Source: the human T2T-CHM13v2.0 reference genome, Homo sapiens. Taken from it: a stretch of DNA of 64,000 nucleotides. The position numbers were made by a program, and so were the translations under genes. The notes beneath the pieces were generated by a model that was not told the origin of the DNA, made no database searches, and saw only the letters and a list, made by a program, of their open reading frames with translations. Shown here piece after piece: positions 41,129 to 55,310 of the stretch. The DNA lies in assembly GCF_009914755.1 (NCBI RefSeq), contig NC_060937.1, one strand, 5' to 3'. Position 1 is the stretch's first letter, and every line of letters begins with the position of its first letter.

Positions 41129-43852
41129 ACTTTGTCCTTTTCAAAATATAAGTAAGTCCATTATTTCAAAATGACTCATGACAGTTACCAACTCTTCAGA
41201 TCCCTGGCTGTTCCCAGTCTCATTGCATTGAACCACAGCAGGTCTGATAATTCTTATCATCTGTTTATAATCATTCTGATCCTTCTAATAATCTATTTCT
41301 TATTCTGATATGTAAAACCTATAGGAACCATCGTGTTATAAAATATGTTCAAAGTAACACAGTGGCATCTTTGCAAATTGTACCTCCCAGTAGTCAAAGT
41401 GGGTTACATAACAAACAGAGGCAAAACATTACCAGTTAACCCTAAAAAGAATCTGCTGTATCTATAGAGATCACTGTTTACACAGAAAGTACTAGTTTCC
41501 AATAATATGAAGTAGAGAACTTTTTTAGTGTAAGCATTATGATATGGAAGAGACTGGACAACAGAAAGAAGCACTATATCATAGAATCAACTTTTGAAAA
41601 ACAGTATGTGTTGTCAAAAAAAGGCATAATATTGAAGCTGTATTTACAGGTTATATAGAAAATGGTCACAGAGGAAACATTGCTGAATACCTACTGAAAT
41701 CCAGGTGTAGGAACTTAGTACATGGAATACAAAAGGGCACAAGACTAACCTTTATTCCAAAAAAAAAAAGAAAAAGGAAAAAAAGAAGAAAAGATAGAAG
41801 AAAGTAAAAAGGAAAATGGGAAGATTTATTTTCCTTTTCAATTTTGAAGAAAGTTAAAGAAACGAAAACAGGGAAACCATTTGAAACTTACTACTTGCCA
41901 ACATTACTATTTGATTGAAGTGATTTCATTAGAAAATTCCATTTGAAGTTATTTTCTGTTAATAAATTGATGTGTTTGCAACTGTAAAACATCTTTAAGG
42001 TTCCTATAGTTAAGAGTGCCCCACAAAACAGCAGGTATAAAATAAGTAGAAGCTTTAGCAAGAAAAAAAATGTTTAAGAGTAAGGACTATGCTATCCATG
42101 TTTCTGTTCAAAGGGGCAATCTGATTATAACCCTATCCCAGATTTGGAAGCTATGAAGGGGTGTGGGGGGAATTTACAGCTGCACAGATTATAGAACAAA
42201 CTGGCAACAGCACCAGAGGGAGCCAACAAGCTTCATGCCCAGGCAAACAGAGCGGAAAAGGGAGGAGAAGAATGGGAGGAGAGGAAAGAAAATGTTAACT
42301 GAAAATGTTTTATGCCAGAAATGTACCAGCATCTTTGTTATTAAACACAGGCTTTGATGATGACACATTTCCCATGTTCATAACTTGTGATTGGTGAGTT
42401 ACTTTTACATTTATCTTAATGAGATGACACTCTGCTCTGAGATTTTATAAGCCATTTTCCTACCTATGAAACAAACAAAATATTCTTTTCTCTGATTTCA
42501 TTTCTTCGTTGACCTTGGGAAAGCTAAACAAGAGAATAGTCTTGGTTACGCATTAACCTATGTGTCTGAGGTTGTGTGGAGAAAAGGACTAGTCACGCTT
42601 TACTAACGCTGAGGTATTTTTCACCTGGAAAACTCGGTTCAGTGTTTTTGTGACTTTTATTTGTACCTTGAAAAATTAGAAAGACAAATGATGAGAAGTA
42701 AATTGTAGGGGGAAGTTCTCAAAAAATGTAAATACATATTCAGCCTTGAAAAATGCATCTGAAATCAATTCCTTTTTGTGGGTGAATAAAAATTAATGGA
42801 ATGTGATTCATTACGGGCATTAAATATTCAAATTAATGAAGAACATAGCCAAGTAGACACAATTATTGTATTCTTCAGTTATTACCTGCATGCTGCAGTG
42901 GACAGAGGAATTTGGAATGTGTCTTTTATTGCTGTCACACTGCTTGGGGCACTGGCTTGGGAATTAAGGATTCATGCCTCTGCATAATGATATATGATTA
43001 GCACTGTGAAAGTAATTGAACTCTTCATTCTAGACAATCCTTTGCAGTGTCAGCAAGAAGCTGGAACAAACTGTGTCATTTAACAGAGTTATACTGTGAG
43101 AAAAACCTCTGATCTCTGCACAATTAACTTCCTAATAATTTTTAGGTTTTTGAGATCAAATGAGAGAATTAATATAATAGGGCATGTAAATGTGCATCAG
43201 AATATAAAGCAACGCAAAGGCACGAAAAGGGATGGAAAATTTAAAGAAATTAATAATTGCTCTCAAATATAATAAGAGACAGGTGTCGAGCTGTTAAAAG
43301 GATGATTGTTGTAACCGGAACAGCTGAGGATGGTAAAAGCACAGCTGTTGCGAAGATTAGTTGTATAGTAACAGAGAATACTTGTTTCACTGTGCACTCC
43401 ACTACACTAAATTGTATTACAACGAGCTCATAAAGTACCATGGAAAGTGAAGTAATCATGATATTGACACCTATTTTACATAATAAAATACTGTAACTCA
43501 AACCATTTACCATAATTTTATGTCTTCAAAATTTCACAAACTGGCTTTATTCTTTATGAAGTTTCTCAATTTTCTTCATTAAATGCATAGCATATCTCAT
43601 CATAATTGTAAGATAACAATAATACAATTACATTATATCACATTAGGATCACATTTTGAAAGCAGTATATTCTCCTTGAGGTTTGCCAGTGCCAAACATT
43701 TTATTCTGGGAGTTTAGCTTTATCAAAATGTTATTTTGTTCAGTCCAGAGTAATAAATTGTATTTCAGGTAATTCTGTAAATTCAATGAGTGCCGCTTCT
43801 GGATAAGGACTGGATTGTGTTTGTTTCAATGTCAGACTCATGCTGACATTCA

Positions 43853-44283
<431 letters not shown>

Positions 44284-45859
44284 TTATCAAAATAGAGAAG
44301 TGACTGTATTTATGGTTCCCAATGTTATTTCTTTTTTAAAGAGTCTAAGAATAAAAATGAATTTTAGTCACTTATTTTTAACTTCCTAAAATACGTACCT
44401 TCCTTGATGGCGCTGGGATTATTCAGTGAGTTTTCTTTTTGGTTCCTAATATTTTGTTTTGATAAATTATAAAATTTCCCTTTCTCACCTGTCTAGTCAA
44501 CACCATCTCATGTGAGTTACATTCACACTGGCAACTAGATGCTCATTCTACCAAACATGAATTAAAAATGGAAATAATACATTTGAACTGACAAATTGCT
44601 TTGCGAATTGATCTCAAGCACCAGTTTTATGCAACTTTGGAAACTTTTCCAGTATTTAATATTTGTTTGATGGCTGCTTAAATAAACATTTTTCACCCTA
44701 GCAATATTAAATTGACCAAACACAAGGTATTACACATTTTTTGTTAGTGATGGGAAGAGTTTTGTGTCTGCCTGGATAGACTTAAATAAAATGTTCATCT
44801 TTTTACTATTAAAGTTAATTTGATATTATGCAGAATTCAAATGCTTAGAATTTTATTCTTTGGGTTTTGTTCTGCCTTGTTTTTGTTTGTGTGCTTTTGT
44901 TTTTTGCTGGAGTAAGTTGGCTATGCAATTAAGCTTCCACTAGTCTTTAATTACTACTGGCCCACTGATTTTGGAGCCAAGATTTGGTAGACACTCTGGG
45001 CTGATTTCCTAATAACATTTCTATTTGAATACTCAGAGAGAGACCAGTGTGAAGTGATGATGAATTTTGATAATACTAAGCTGTTCTCCTTATAAAGAGC
45101 AAAAAGGAAAAAGCATGCTATTAACTGTGTTAAAGAAAAGTTTAGTAGAACTTTTCCTATATATGCTATTCTACTCTTTCAAGAGCAATTACTTCGCTTA
45201 CTGTTTCTAAAACCTTAACAAAATTTTACTTATAAGAGAGTGAATGAAATAATTCAATGAAAAATTATATTGTTTCTGCTGCTATGAATGATTGTCAAGG
45301 GTGTGTCTTCAGGGTGACATCAGCATTTTGAGATGGTGAATCTGGCATAATTAATAACATGCCACAACCACTTGACTTTTCCATTATCTTTGCAATTGAA
45401 ATTATATAACTAGTTTCTCTGGATCTTTTGTTTTTTTATCAAAGTTACTGCCACTTAAACCAATGAGCTAAAATGCTTGGAAAGTTTTTAGATCTTAGTA
45501 TATAAGTTGTTTGTTTACTTACCTTTCCTCCCTGTTTTCTGCCCCATGCTTATACCAAAAATGAGCCAATCCCGCAAGAGTAGGCATTTTTTTCAAGGTT
45601 CTATGCCCTGCAGTATTCAACAAATTGCCTTTCATTTAAAGGACTCACAAATAAGTTTAAATGAATTGATCACATGAACACCCATGGAATCCAAGCAAGG
45701 GAACAGAAGGTCAAGATAATGCACAGAAACCAAAAAGGAAGATAGTATCCAGAATGCAGTAGGGAAAATAAGTGAGAAACAACAGAAGCCCTAAAAAGTA
45801 AAAAGAGGCAGATGGGCTTCAGGATGGTTGCAGCAATTGGAGGATCCAGACAAAGTAAG

Positions 45860-46930
45860 AGTTTATTTCACTCAATGCCCAAATATTGGTCAAGTGACAG
45901 GAAACATAACAAACACTGAGTGACAATGAATAAGACAAACACCTAACCTCCTGCAGGTGTTGCCTTGTGGAAAGCACAGTGAAGGAAATGAACATTGTGC
46001 TTCGGTAGATGGTAATGGATGGACAAGGGGTTGACAAGGAGTGGAGTAGGCAGCTAGGATTTCCATGAAGAGATATTTATTTTGAGATCTATTCTTTCCA
46101 AAAGTGGAAAAAAATAAATTCCAAGCAGAGTGGACATGTGCCAAATTCCTGAAGTGAGAGAAAGCTTGGAATGTCCAAGGAACTGGAAAAAAAAAAAAAC
46201 TCAGTGAGGCTGGAGGACTGAGAAGGGGGGTTGGCAGAAGGAAAATTGACGAAAAAGGTGTGGCAAGGTATTGTAGGGCCTTGAACACCAAGATAAGGAT
46301 TTCATTACAAGCGCAATGGAAGAATTTCACAACTCTTCCAATTGCATTAGATATCAGTACTTAATTTAACTTAAAGAGGAAATATGTATGTGTAAAACAC
46401 TTCCTGGTTGTCATGTGAAGATTAAGTGTTAGGGAAACAAGAGTGGAAGTGGGAAGGCCAATTTGCAGGCCATGCAGCATCTCTAATGTGAGATGATGAC
46501 AGCCTCAATTTGGGCAATGGTGGTGAAGACAGTGAAGCATGGAGCTCTTTGATGATACAGCATTTGCTGAGGAATTGGATGGTGGAGATGGAAATGAGGA
46601 AAATAGTGAAACAGCTGAATTTTGGGTTCAAGTCTTGAGAAACTAGATGAAGTTAATGCATTGACTAATATGGGGAACGTAACAAAAGGGAGGGAAAACC
46701 GAGTTTGAGTGGGAGTATGAATCAATAGCCCAATTTTAGCTATGTCCATGCAGGGATACCTAAGATGTCCAAGTGGACATGTCTGTCTTATATGCGAATT
46801 TGGAGATCAAAGATGCCTTGGCTAAGGGATTTATTTGGAAATCATCTGCACAATATAGCATTCAAAGGAAAGAAAGTGAATGAGGTCATCCAGAGAGAGG
46901 AGAAACAAAAGTAAATACCCAAGTACCACC
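45860..46930 (-). mobile_element. L2a fragment
   Basis: Purine-rich antisense L2 (GCATTTGCTGAGGAATTGGATG, GATGTCCAAGTGGACATGTC). Confidence 0.8.
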
Positions 46931-47663
46931 AGCAATCCAGCCATCAGAAATGCCATGACTATTGCTGTAAGGTGTTTTGTCTCTGCCCTAAGAAGAACTT
47001 CCTTAGACACTTCTAACTACACTTCCATCTACATGGAACAGGGTAGGTCTTCTCATGGAAACAGGAGATTCATTGATGACTGGCTTGAGGACATATGTAG
47101 CTAGAAAATAATAATAGATATTAATAATGTGATGTTTCTGTCTTAGTACTGCCAACATAGCTTCTGGTTAAGAAACACCACCCTATCTTCCTTAAATCTA
47201 AAGCACAGTCTGGATATCCTCTTGCTCAGGCCAAGAGGAAGAGGAAATCTTTTCTCTGAATAAACATTCATGCCATAACCCCTCCTGTAAACATCTTAAG
47301 ATACCTGGCTGCAACTGGTTACAATTACTAATAAAATTTTGGTCTTTTGAGCCCCAAACATCTTTCCCACCCTCCTCTCAGCATGGTTTTCATTCTTTGA
47401 ACAATATAAAATCTCAGGAATGGATCCAAAATTATTCTGACATAGTTAAAGATGACTGGTAACTTTTAAAATATTACCTCTCCCTGGGGAATTTTCTTTT
47501 CAACAAAAAATTTGGAAAATTATGGTGTCATTGAAAATAGGATGGTTGAAATTGAAGCCTTCAGTGGTAGAGTTTCAGATGATTGCCTTCAGGAAAGATG
47601 AACCAAGATGGAGAAGGGAAAGAGGGTTTTATGCTTCTGTTGGTAGCGTTAACATTTTCTATT

Positions 47664-47666
<3 letters not shown>

Positions 47667-47712
<46 letters not shown>
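47667..47712. repeat. (CA)n microsatellite
   Basis: About 22 pure CA units. Confidence 0.97.
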
Positions 47713-47713
<1 letters not shown>

Positions 47714-50708
47714 TTTGGAAGCAGGGAATACAGATTTAGCTGAGAAGCCTATCTTTTGTATCATATACCCTTGGTTGGTATAAAGTCCAGTCATCCTGAT
47801 TCAAGTGAATTCTGTGTAAAAGTAAAAATGAGTTGTCAAGCTTTTACCCAATAAAATTGGTTATGTTTTTCTTTATGAACTGAAAAGTATGTCTATTGTA
47901 GCATAAAAATAATAACAACAATTCTTAAGGTTTATTTTATGTTTATGAATTTATTTTTCTCACGGAAAAATTTATTTTTCTCTTTAATAATTGCCTTCAG
48001 CACTCTTCCTCCTAGGAGGAACAAAAGCAAGGCACACTAGAAAGTACTAGACTGAAAGTATAGCAGAAACTCTATTAATTGAAACACAGTTCAAGTCAAC
48101 ACAGACAATAAAGCCAGTGGCTGGGGTAAAATTTAACTGACCCGTTCAAGGTTGAGAAAAATCTTCAATCAAAATGTTTCTCTCTCAGTGGATGAAGAGC
48201 TCTACACTGAACTGATTTAACGGTGAAACTTACTGAAATACTTCTCACTAGGGAAACATAAGCTAAAACAAAAACAAAGATAGTAAAAACCCACTACAAC
48301 AGTGGTTAAGAATATGCTTTAAGCTGTATTTTTCTGCTTCAAAGTCTACTACAGGAGAGAGGATTTTTTTAAGTAAAACAAGTCAGATGGACAAAATTAA
48401 TATTTTTTAAGAGTAATGTTATTCCTCTCTACTGTTATGGTTAAGTTTGGCATTAGATCTAAGATTTTAGACTTCCATATATATAATTTATATTTATGTA
48501 AATCTATATATAATTTATATTTATATTATTTTTATATTTATATTATTTATACTTATTTTTATAATATAAAAATTAAAAGGTTCTATATATAAGACATACA
48601 AGTAACAATATACAAATAAAACGAGGATTTTTTTACACAAAAGGATATTTATGGTTTGCTCTATTATACTTACTATCAATGTCACTGGCCTGCCTTCGGG
48701 GTTAAATCCACCAGTAAGTATTCTGCAGTAAATGAGTTACCATAAACATGGTGTTAACTTGCGCTTCCTGGAAAATGGAAACAAATTTCTCTGGAAGTTG
48801 AGGATGTGATTATTCATCATAATGAAGTATCTTCTATTGGCTCCATTTTTGTTTTCTAAGCTCTCAATTATTTTAGCCACAATCACAGCCAGTGCACAGG
48901 GTCTCAAGCTGGACACATTAAAATCAATGGGTGGCTCGAAATGATTCAACATGATGTGCCTTTTTCATTTCAAAATGAAGAACAACAAAAATTATCACTT
49001 TACTTCTACTGATTCAAGCTGGAAGCAAATCTGATAGGTTCACAAATCCCTCACAAAGGAAGGTTAATAGAAGCCATAATTCTGACACCTTCTCAAATTG
49101 TGGGAAGCAAGTCAGAGGCCACACAACAAACCCAGCTCCATTATTAATTTCACACTTGAGTAGTACCACATAGTTAAGCATTCACTGCATGAATTCAAAT
49201 CACAGCAGACTATTGGTTTCAGTAATAATCAAAAAGGAAAGTTAAGTTTAAAAAAAGATGAAAACTGTAGAATGCAAGGCTTTCTGTCATTAAAAGTCAC
49301 TTTTACCAAAATATAGATTTATCAGATTTAATCATAATGTTAGTGTACATAATAAAAACTATCAAAGAGGCCAAAATTTTTATTCACCATCTGAGTGAAT
49401 AAAAGTATGAAAGTAATTTTCCAGATAATTCTATAAGTGACTATTCTTCTTGCCTGAAATCTGAATTAGGGTGAAAGTACTCTCCTCCCTTTTTCTATCC
49501 CTAATTGTCATACTATTTTGGCAGTTTGCTCAATTCTTTACTTTGATAGTGCAAATTTCTTGCAGTTATTAAATGTTCTCAAATGATTTCATAATCCCTA
49601 GAAAGCTCAGGAAAGCATTGTATGCTTAGAACAAAATATCACCATTCAACAGCAGCCAGAATTATGAAAAAGAAACAATTCTGAATAATCATTTTGTGTG
49701 CAGATACACACAAGTTTTTAAAAAATCCTCAAAAGCAACAATGAAGTCAAATTCAAGACAATGACTTTTAGGTTAAAGAGAATTTGGATTTTTTTTTCCT
49801 TATAGTTACCTTTTATGCCAGGGCTACATAACAAAAAGTCAATAAAAATGGTTAGCAATCAGCAATTTGATTATAAACTAAATAAATTGTGTCATAATTT
49901 CAACAAGAGAGATTACCTGACTACATTCATTTTTTTTCTCTTGAATTCTGTGAAATTTAATTGGACCTTCTAACACCTGATGCTAGTAATTATGTGTCTT
50001 GCCTTACTTTGCTACATTCTAACTCTGCATTTCTCAGAATGTAGTAAGTATAAATTTTGGAAATGGTAAGTATATTCATAAGTGAAGCCCTAATATCCAC
50101 TGTGTTTGGGGTAATATTTTATCAGTTAATGGCAAAAACAAACAAAACAAAAAATTCTAAATAAAAATGATACAAATAACCATTAAAAATAATTAAAATT
50201 GATTTTTATTTTAGCAAAAATGCACACATTTACTTACTTTTTTTAACATAGGTCTTTTTGTTAATTACAAATCGGTAGATAAGTATTCCTCAGAAATTCA
50301 TTATTTAAAATGTTGGGTTTTATTTCTTTAAAGTGGTCCGAGAATATAAAGATACTAGCAAAGCAATCAGAATACAGAAACTAACAGCTGGTATTTTTTA
50401 TCTCAGTCTTTCGCCTTCTTGCTCATACCTAGAGAGCCTTTTTTAGTAACTTACCATTATCAAGGCTTTTCATAGCATTCAACATGGTTTCATAGAAACA
50501 AAAATAACTGTATCAAGATATATAACTGGATACGTACATATATCCTGACATATAAAGAAAATATATATTATAGAATCCTGGAAAAGTATAACCTTCTTAT
50601 TTCTGTCTGTCCCCATATCAATAGCATAAATAGGTAACTTTATAATTTAATTTGTTCATACTGATTTCTACTCATTTTGACATGTCTAGCAAATCTGTAA
50701 GAACTTAA

Positions 50709-50779
50709 GGATGGAGGGAAGGAAGGAAGGAAGGAGGGAAAGGAAAGGAAGGAAGGAAGGAAAAGAGGGAGGGAGGAAG
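50709..50779. repeat. GGAA/GGGA purine-rich repeat
   Basis: Interrupted (GGAA)n. Confidence 0.9.
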
Positions 50780-50847
50780 TCTCAAATGAGTTTAAGCTTC
50801 ACTATTTTTAACCTGTGTTATAATAGGCAATATCAAATATCATATAT

Positions 50848-51250
50848 ACAGGAGTGCTGAACTACACCCAGTTCATGTAGGCCTAAAAGAGTACATTTGT
50901 AAATTTGGAAACCAGTTGTTAAATACAGCCATTGCCAAAAATTGGATTATATAAACTTACAATTAAATAAATTACAAAATAAGCAAACGAAGTAATACTC
51001 AAAACTTAGTATTTCCCAATTATTTTAATGCATTTCACTATTATGTGTGCTTTTGTAGTTGCTTACATTTATTGCTTCTTTACTGTAAAAATACTTTATA
51101 ATGATACCCTTCCTAACTGTATGTCCAGTGACATCAAGTTGGTACTTTGAAACTGGACATGTAGGAGTATTTATACTATATAAATCAGCAAATGCAACAA
51201 AACAAGTTGCTGTTTTGGGGGGAGGGGGATAGGTATTGAACATTCACAAG
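50848..51250 (+). mobile_element. MER63 (hAT-Blackjack)
   Basis: CCAGTTGTTAAATACAGCCATT...TTATATAAACTTACAATTAAATAAATT. Confidence 0.78.
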
Positions 51251-52349
51251 TACATAGTTTTATATACGGCATAACATGTAACTAAAAGTTATGTTATAAA
51301 TATATTTTTGTCATGTTCTTAAGTATTGAAAGTCATTTTTGAAGAGTCAGTTTTCAAGATGTTTCAAAAAGGTAATTTCTAAATGTGCACTGTCCTCAAG
51401 AAGAAAGAAGAGTACTTTGGCAGACACAATGGGAAATCAACTCAGATTATACAAAGAAATTTAAAATAATCTGAAAACCAATGGTCTACTCACTATGATA
51501 TTTAAATAAAGTTAAACATGAAATGAATTGTACTACTTAAATGCTGTGGCTAAGAGCTGAAAACTCAGCAAAATTTCTAGTGCAATGCACAGATTCTGCA
51601 ACCTATAGGTATAAAATTTTGCACATCAAAAACATTTACAAATAGTATAATATTCTTCTTTTAATAATAGAAGTTATAAAAGCAAAACATTGTGTGCTGG
51701 AAAACTCAAGAAATATAAATTCAAAGTTTATTTTGCATTAGATAAGAACTCACGGAAAATAAAGCCAAACCTTTCTAGGCATATGCTATCATTGGGAAAT
51801 CATCCACTTACATTGGTTGTGGCCTAAAGTCCAGGGTCTTTGACATGTACCCAAAGGTTTATGTCCTGTAAATGCTGTAATCTAATTAAGTAGATGCTCC
51901 ATTTAAGCATTAATAGCAGAGTGCCTGTTAAAGTCCAGAGGGACAGTAAAAGATGAGCTTAGACTCAGAGAAAAAAGGAGAGTGGAAGAATAATCATCTG
52001 AGATTGGAATATTTGTCTGTTACATAGTCCCCCTCCCCATTCCCAGGTCCTTCTAGCCTTTGTCTATAATGGAGGATAGTATTTCCTCAAATCTGAGACA
52101 ATTATCAAATTATCAATTTTAGATGTACCGTTCATTCATGTGGAGCTAATTTTAAGAAATCATACAATTAAACTGACACAATGCTTTCTTATAACTTAGA
52201 ATCTTTATTTGATACTTGTTGAAAAATTTAGACATATATGAATATAACACTTTTCAAATATCACTCTCAGGCACTCGTAAAATGAAAATAGAAATAAAAA
52301 TAAACTGGTAAATAAATTCACAAACTTCTTTGCAGAATCTTACTCTTTT

Positions 52350-52793
52350 GGATAATTTCCAACAAAAAGTCATTGATAACTCTGTTTTTCCATAAGTCAT
52401 CCTCGGTGCCATACAGAGTATTGATGATGCTCTTAAAATATGCCCAAATATTGTCTTTGAGGTCTTCTTTCAAGCTTCCAACATCCTTTGAGTTTTGGTG
52501 TTAGTGTTTTCTTGATCTTAATTAATTCTGACAATGGAAAAGTTTGGGTAACAGTGAAAAGACATAAACTTTCCTATTAATGCTCTCAAATAGTTTATGA
52601 TTGAGATATCAAAGTTTTTATTTGCCATATGGTACAGAAGCAACAGACAAGGCCAAGCATGGGCGGGAAATAACATATCATCACTTCCACCCGATCAGAG
52701 TCCATTTTAAGATTCCATCAATCATAAGACACGTCCCAACTTCCGAAAAATTAAAATGCAGAAAATATGCAGCCTAGAATCAATAAAATTAAG
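52350..52793 (-). mobile_element. Kanga/MER104-like TcMar-Tc2 element with transposase remnant
   Basis: MER104-like terminus (rc TTTTATTGATTCTAGGCTGCATATTTT...TCTTATGATTGATGG) and minus-strand peptide FKSIINTLYGTEDDLWKN resembling pogo/Tc2 FKKCxIxNxLDGTEDDxxW. Confidence 0.7.
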
Positions 52794-53189
52794 TGTTCAA
52801 GCTGCCCCAAGTTAACTTGGGCAAGCAGAGTTAGGAATTTTGACACAATTGTTAAGTCATTAGACTGCTGATTAATTTAATCTGTCTGTCTATGTGACTT
52901 TCCCTTTCATAAGAACCCATCCTTCCTGCCCTCATAATCCATTACACTGAAGTCACCTACATTGCCCTCTATGCCTGGGTCTAGAGTTTGTAATATCAGC
53001 AAATTTTGCTCTCCGAATTTCTCCTCCCTTCATGAAGGACACTTTGTAAACCACTTCTCTCAGAAAAGGATCCAATATTTCTTTATACCAAGCACTGAAA
53101 CACATAATAAAATACTATCCAATTTAAAGTTAAAGGTCTATATCTCTTCTCTAGGACCAGAGGATAGATGAGTTTCAGAATTCTAAGTT

Positions 53190-53912
53190 TTTTTAAAAAA
53201 GTCATAAAGATTATACAGTACATGTACCATATCCTACGTAACCCCAGTGGGGTCTAGAGTGGCACTCTGAAATCAAACTCTAACGTTTCTACACCAAAAT
53301 GTATAAATAGTAATATTAAAAGGGATAAAGTTTCTTGTAAAAGAAAAATCTAGGGCACAATAAAATTTTAAAGAGTTTATTTGAGTAAGAAATAATTCAT
53401 GAATTGGGGAACACCAGACTAAATGAAGTTTAGTGTTCCAATGACACAGCTTCAGAGGCAAATATTTATAGGGTGAATAAGAAAACAAAACAAGTTATTT
53501 GACTAGTGGCAGTTACAAATTGCTTTTTATGGTTTACCTTGTTGGAAAGTCCCTAGTCACATAATCATATCTTAGTAGACTGCTCATGATTGGCTAGGTT
53601 AAGTTTTGTCTCTGTATAACATAAGCATTTACCCAAAAAGATCCGAGTTAACTTTTGCTTATGTTTGCAACTTAAGCAAGGCGAAGGCTCTCTTTAAAGC
53701 CTTGTTGGTTTTGTTTGGTAAGGCATTCTTCAGGCAGTCTCCATTTTAATCTTGCTTTAACATTATCAATGACATCCCTTAAATTCAAGCTGGATTTTGC
53801 CACCAAATTAGACCAGATCAGGTGAATTTTGCTGCCAAGTAGGTTACACAAATCTATTACTTTTCCAAACTAATGGAATTTGGAATTGCAGATATGGTGT
53901 TGTGGACATATA
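53190..53912. mobile_element. Old Tigger-like element (Tigger15a/MamRep434-like) split by an LTR
   Basis: CCCCAGTGGGGTCTAGAG on the left and GGAATTTGGAATTGCAGATATGGTGTTGTGGAC terminus on the right. Confidence 0.55.
53336..53762 (-). mobile_element. ERV1 (MER4-group) solo LTR
   Basis: TG...CA termini, AATAAA on the minus strand near the left end, 4-bp TSD TTCT/TTAT. Confidence 0.7.
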
Positions 53913-54059
53913 TTAGACACAAAGAATCTAGGTTTTGCAAAGAGTTTTAGACATGAGAAAAAAGTGAATTATATTTTAGAAAGATGGAGAAAGCAGTAGT
54001 TTTTCTCAGTTCCCCAGTAACTGCATCACATTTAGAGAAATGGACAATATCCACAGCTA

Positions 54060-54965
54060 AGGTTCACCTAGTTGCTCTAAAAAGTTTCCTCACCTCGTCA
54101 TCTTCCTCCTTAAATATCCTTATCTCAGCAATGGCATCATGAACCATCAATTGTTCAAACCAACCACTGTATAGCTGTCCTTGGTTCCTTTTTGATCCTT
54201 CTTCACATAACCTATCATGAAGTCTATCAATTCTGCTTCCAGAGTATTCTCTTCTACGTCATAGGACCTATAACATCCTCTCCATTTCTGTAGCTACTAC
54301 CTCAATCCAAGTGCATCATGTTTTCCCTGAATTAAAATAACTTCCCAATCAGTCTTCTGTTTACATCCTTATCTCCCTGCTGCCATTCTGCATGTAGCAA
54401 CCAGCGTCATTGTTCAGTCAAAAATCAGATGATCTCATTCCCCTGTTTAAAAATTTCAAAACTCTTAAAATGACTAAAAAAGCTTTTAATGACCCAGCCT
54501 TTTCCTCCCACTCTACCTTCACTTACTGCGGTTTCATTGCTCTCATCAACTTTCTTTCTGTTTGGCAAATAAGTAAGCTCCTTCTTCCTTTAGAGCCGTT
54601 TGCATTTCCTGCTTCCTCAAGGACACAGCTGGAGACATTGATTCCCAGCCTTTGCCTTGCTGGTTTCTTCTGGGTCTTCAGTTGTCAGTGAAGATATAAA
54701 TCCCTCAGCCATGACTTCTCTGGTTTCCAAACTAAAGTACATTTAATTCCCAAGCCCTCAGGCACGACCCTAGTTGATTTTCTTCAAAGTATTTGTTATT
54801 ATTTGAAGTTATATTGACGAATTGTTTGCTGACTTATTTATTGGTCTGTCTTTGCCTTCTAAAATGTAAGCTCCATATAGGCAAGGACTGTTCACCAGTG
54901 TGTCGCTGCTGCCCAGAACATTGTCTGGCACACAGCAGAGGCTCATTGAATATATTTCAAGCACA
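54060..54965 (+). mobile_element. L2 3' region
   Basis: AAATCAGATGATCTCATTCCCCTGTTTAAAA, AATGTAAGCTCCAT...GTCTGGCACACAGCAGAGGCTCA. Confidence 0.85.
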
Positions 54966-55233
54966 GAATCAAAGCCAAGTAATTGATAGTTTAACATACT
55001 CATTTTATTATTGCAGTCATTCACATTACTTGTGTTCCTGGTCCACCTAGGGTGTGCTCAGATTAGAGTGGTCTGTGGATATTTCAGAGAATAATGATGT
55101 GTCCAGAATATGAGACACATTTTTTATGTCTGGTATTTTTTTGTTGTTGTTAATTTGATATTTTGCCTACCTAAATCAGTACTGTGGGTCTACAACTTGG
55201 ATTACATTTAATGAGGGTTTGTATAAGAACTCT

Positions 55234-55267
55234 ATGTGTGTGTGTGTGTGTGTGTGTGTATCTATCT

Positions 55268-55310
<43 letters not shown>
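55234..55310. repeat. Compound (TG)n-(TATC)n-(TAGA)n microsatellite
   Basis: TG run, short TATC run, about 10 TAGA units. Confidence 0.95.

Noticed and set aside
45890-46330. 146-aa ORF
   Set aside because: Lies within a degenerate L2; low-complexity peptide
48737-48952. 71-aa ORF in unique sequence
   Set aside because: No recognisable homology or partner exons
50709-50779. GGAA repeat as an EWS-FLI1 enhancer
   Set aside because: Only about 4 consecutive GGAA units, interrupted
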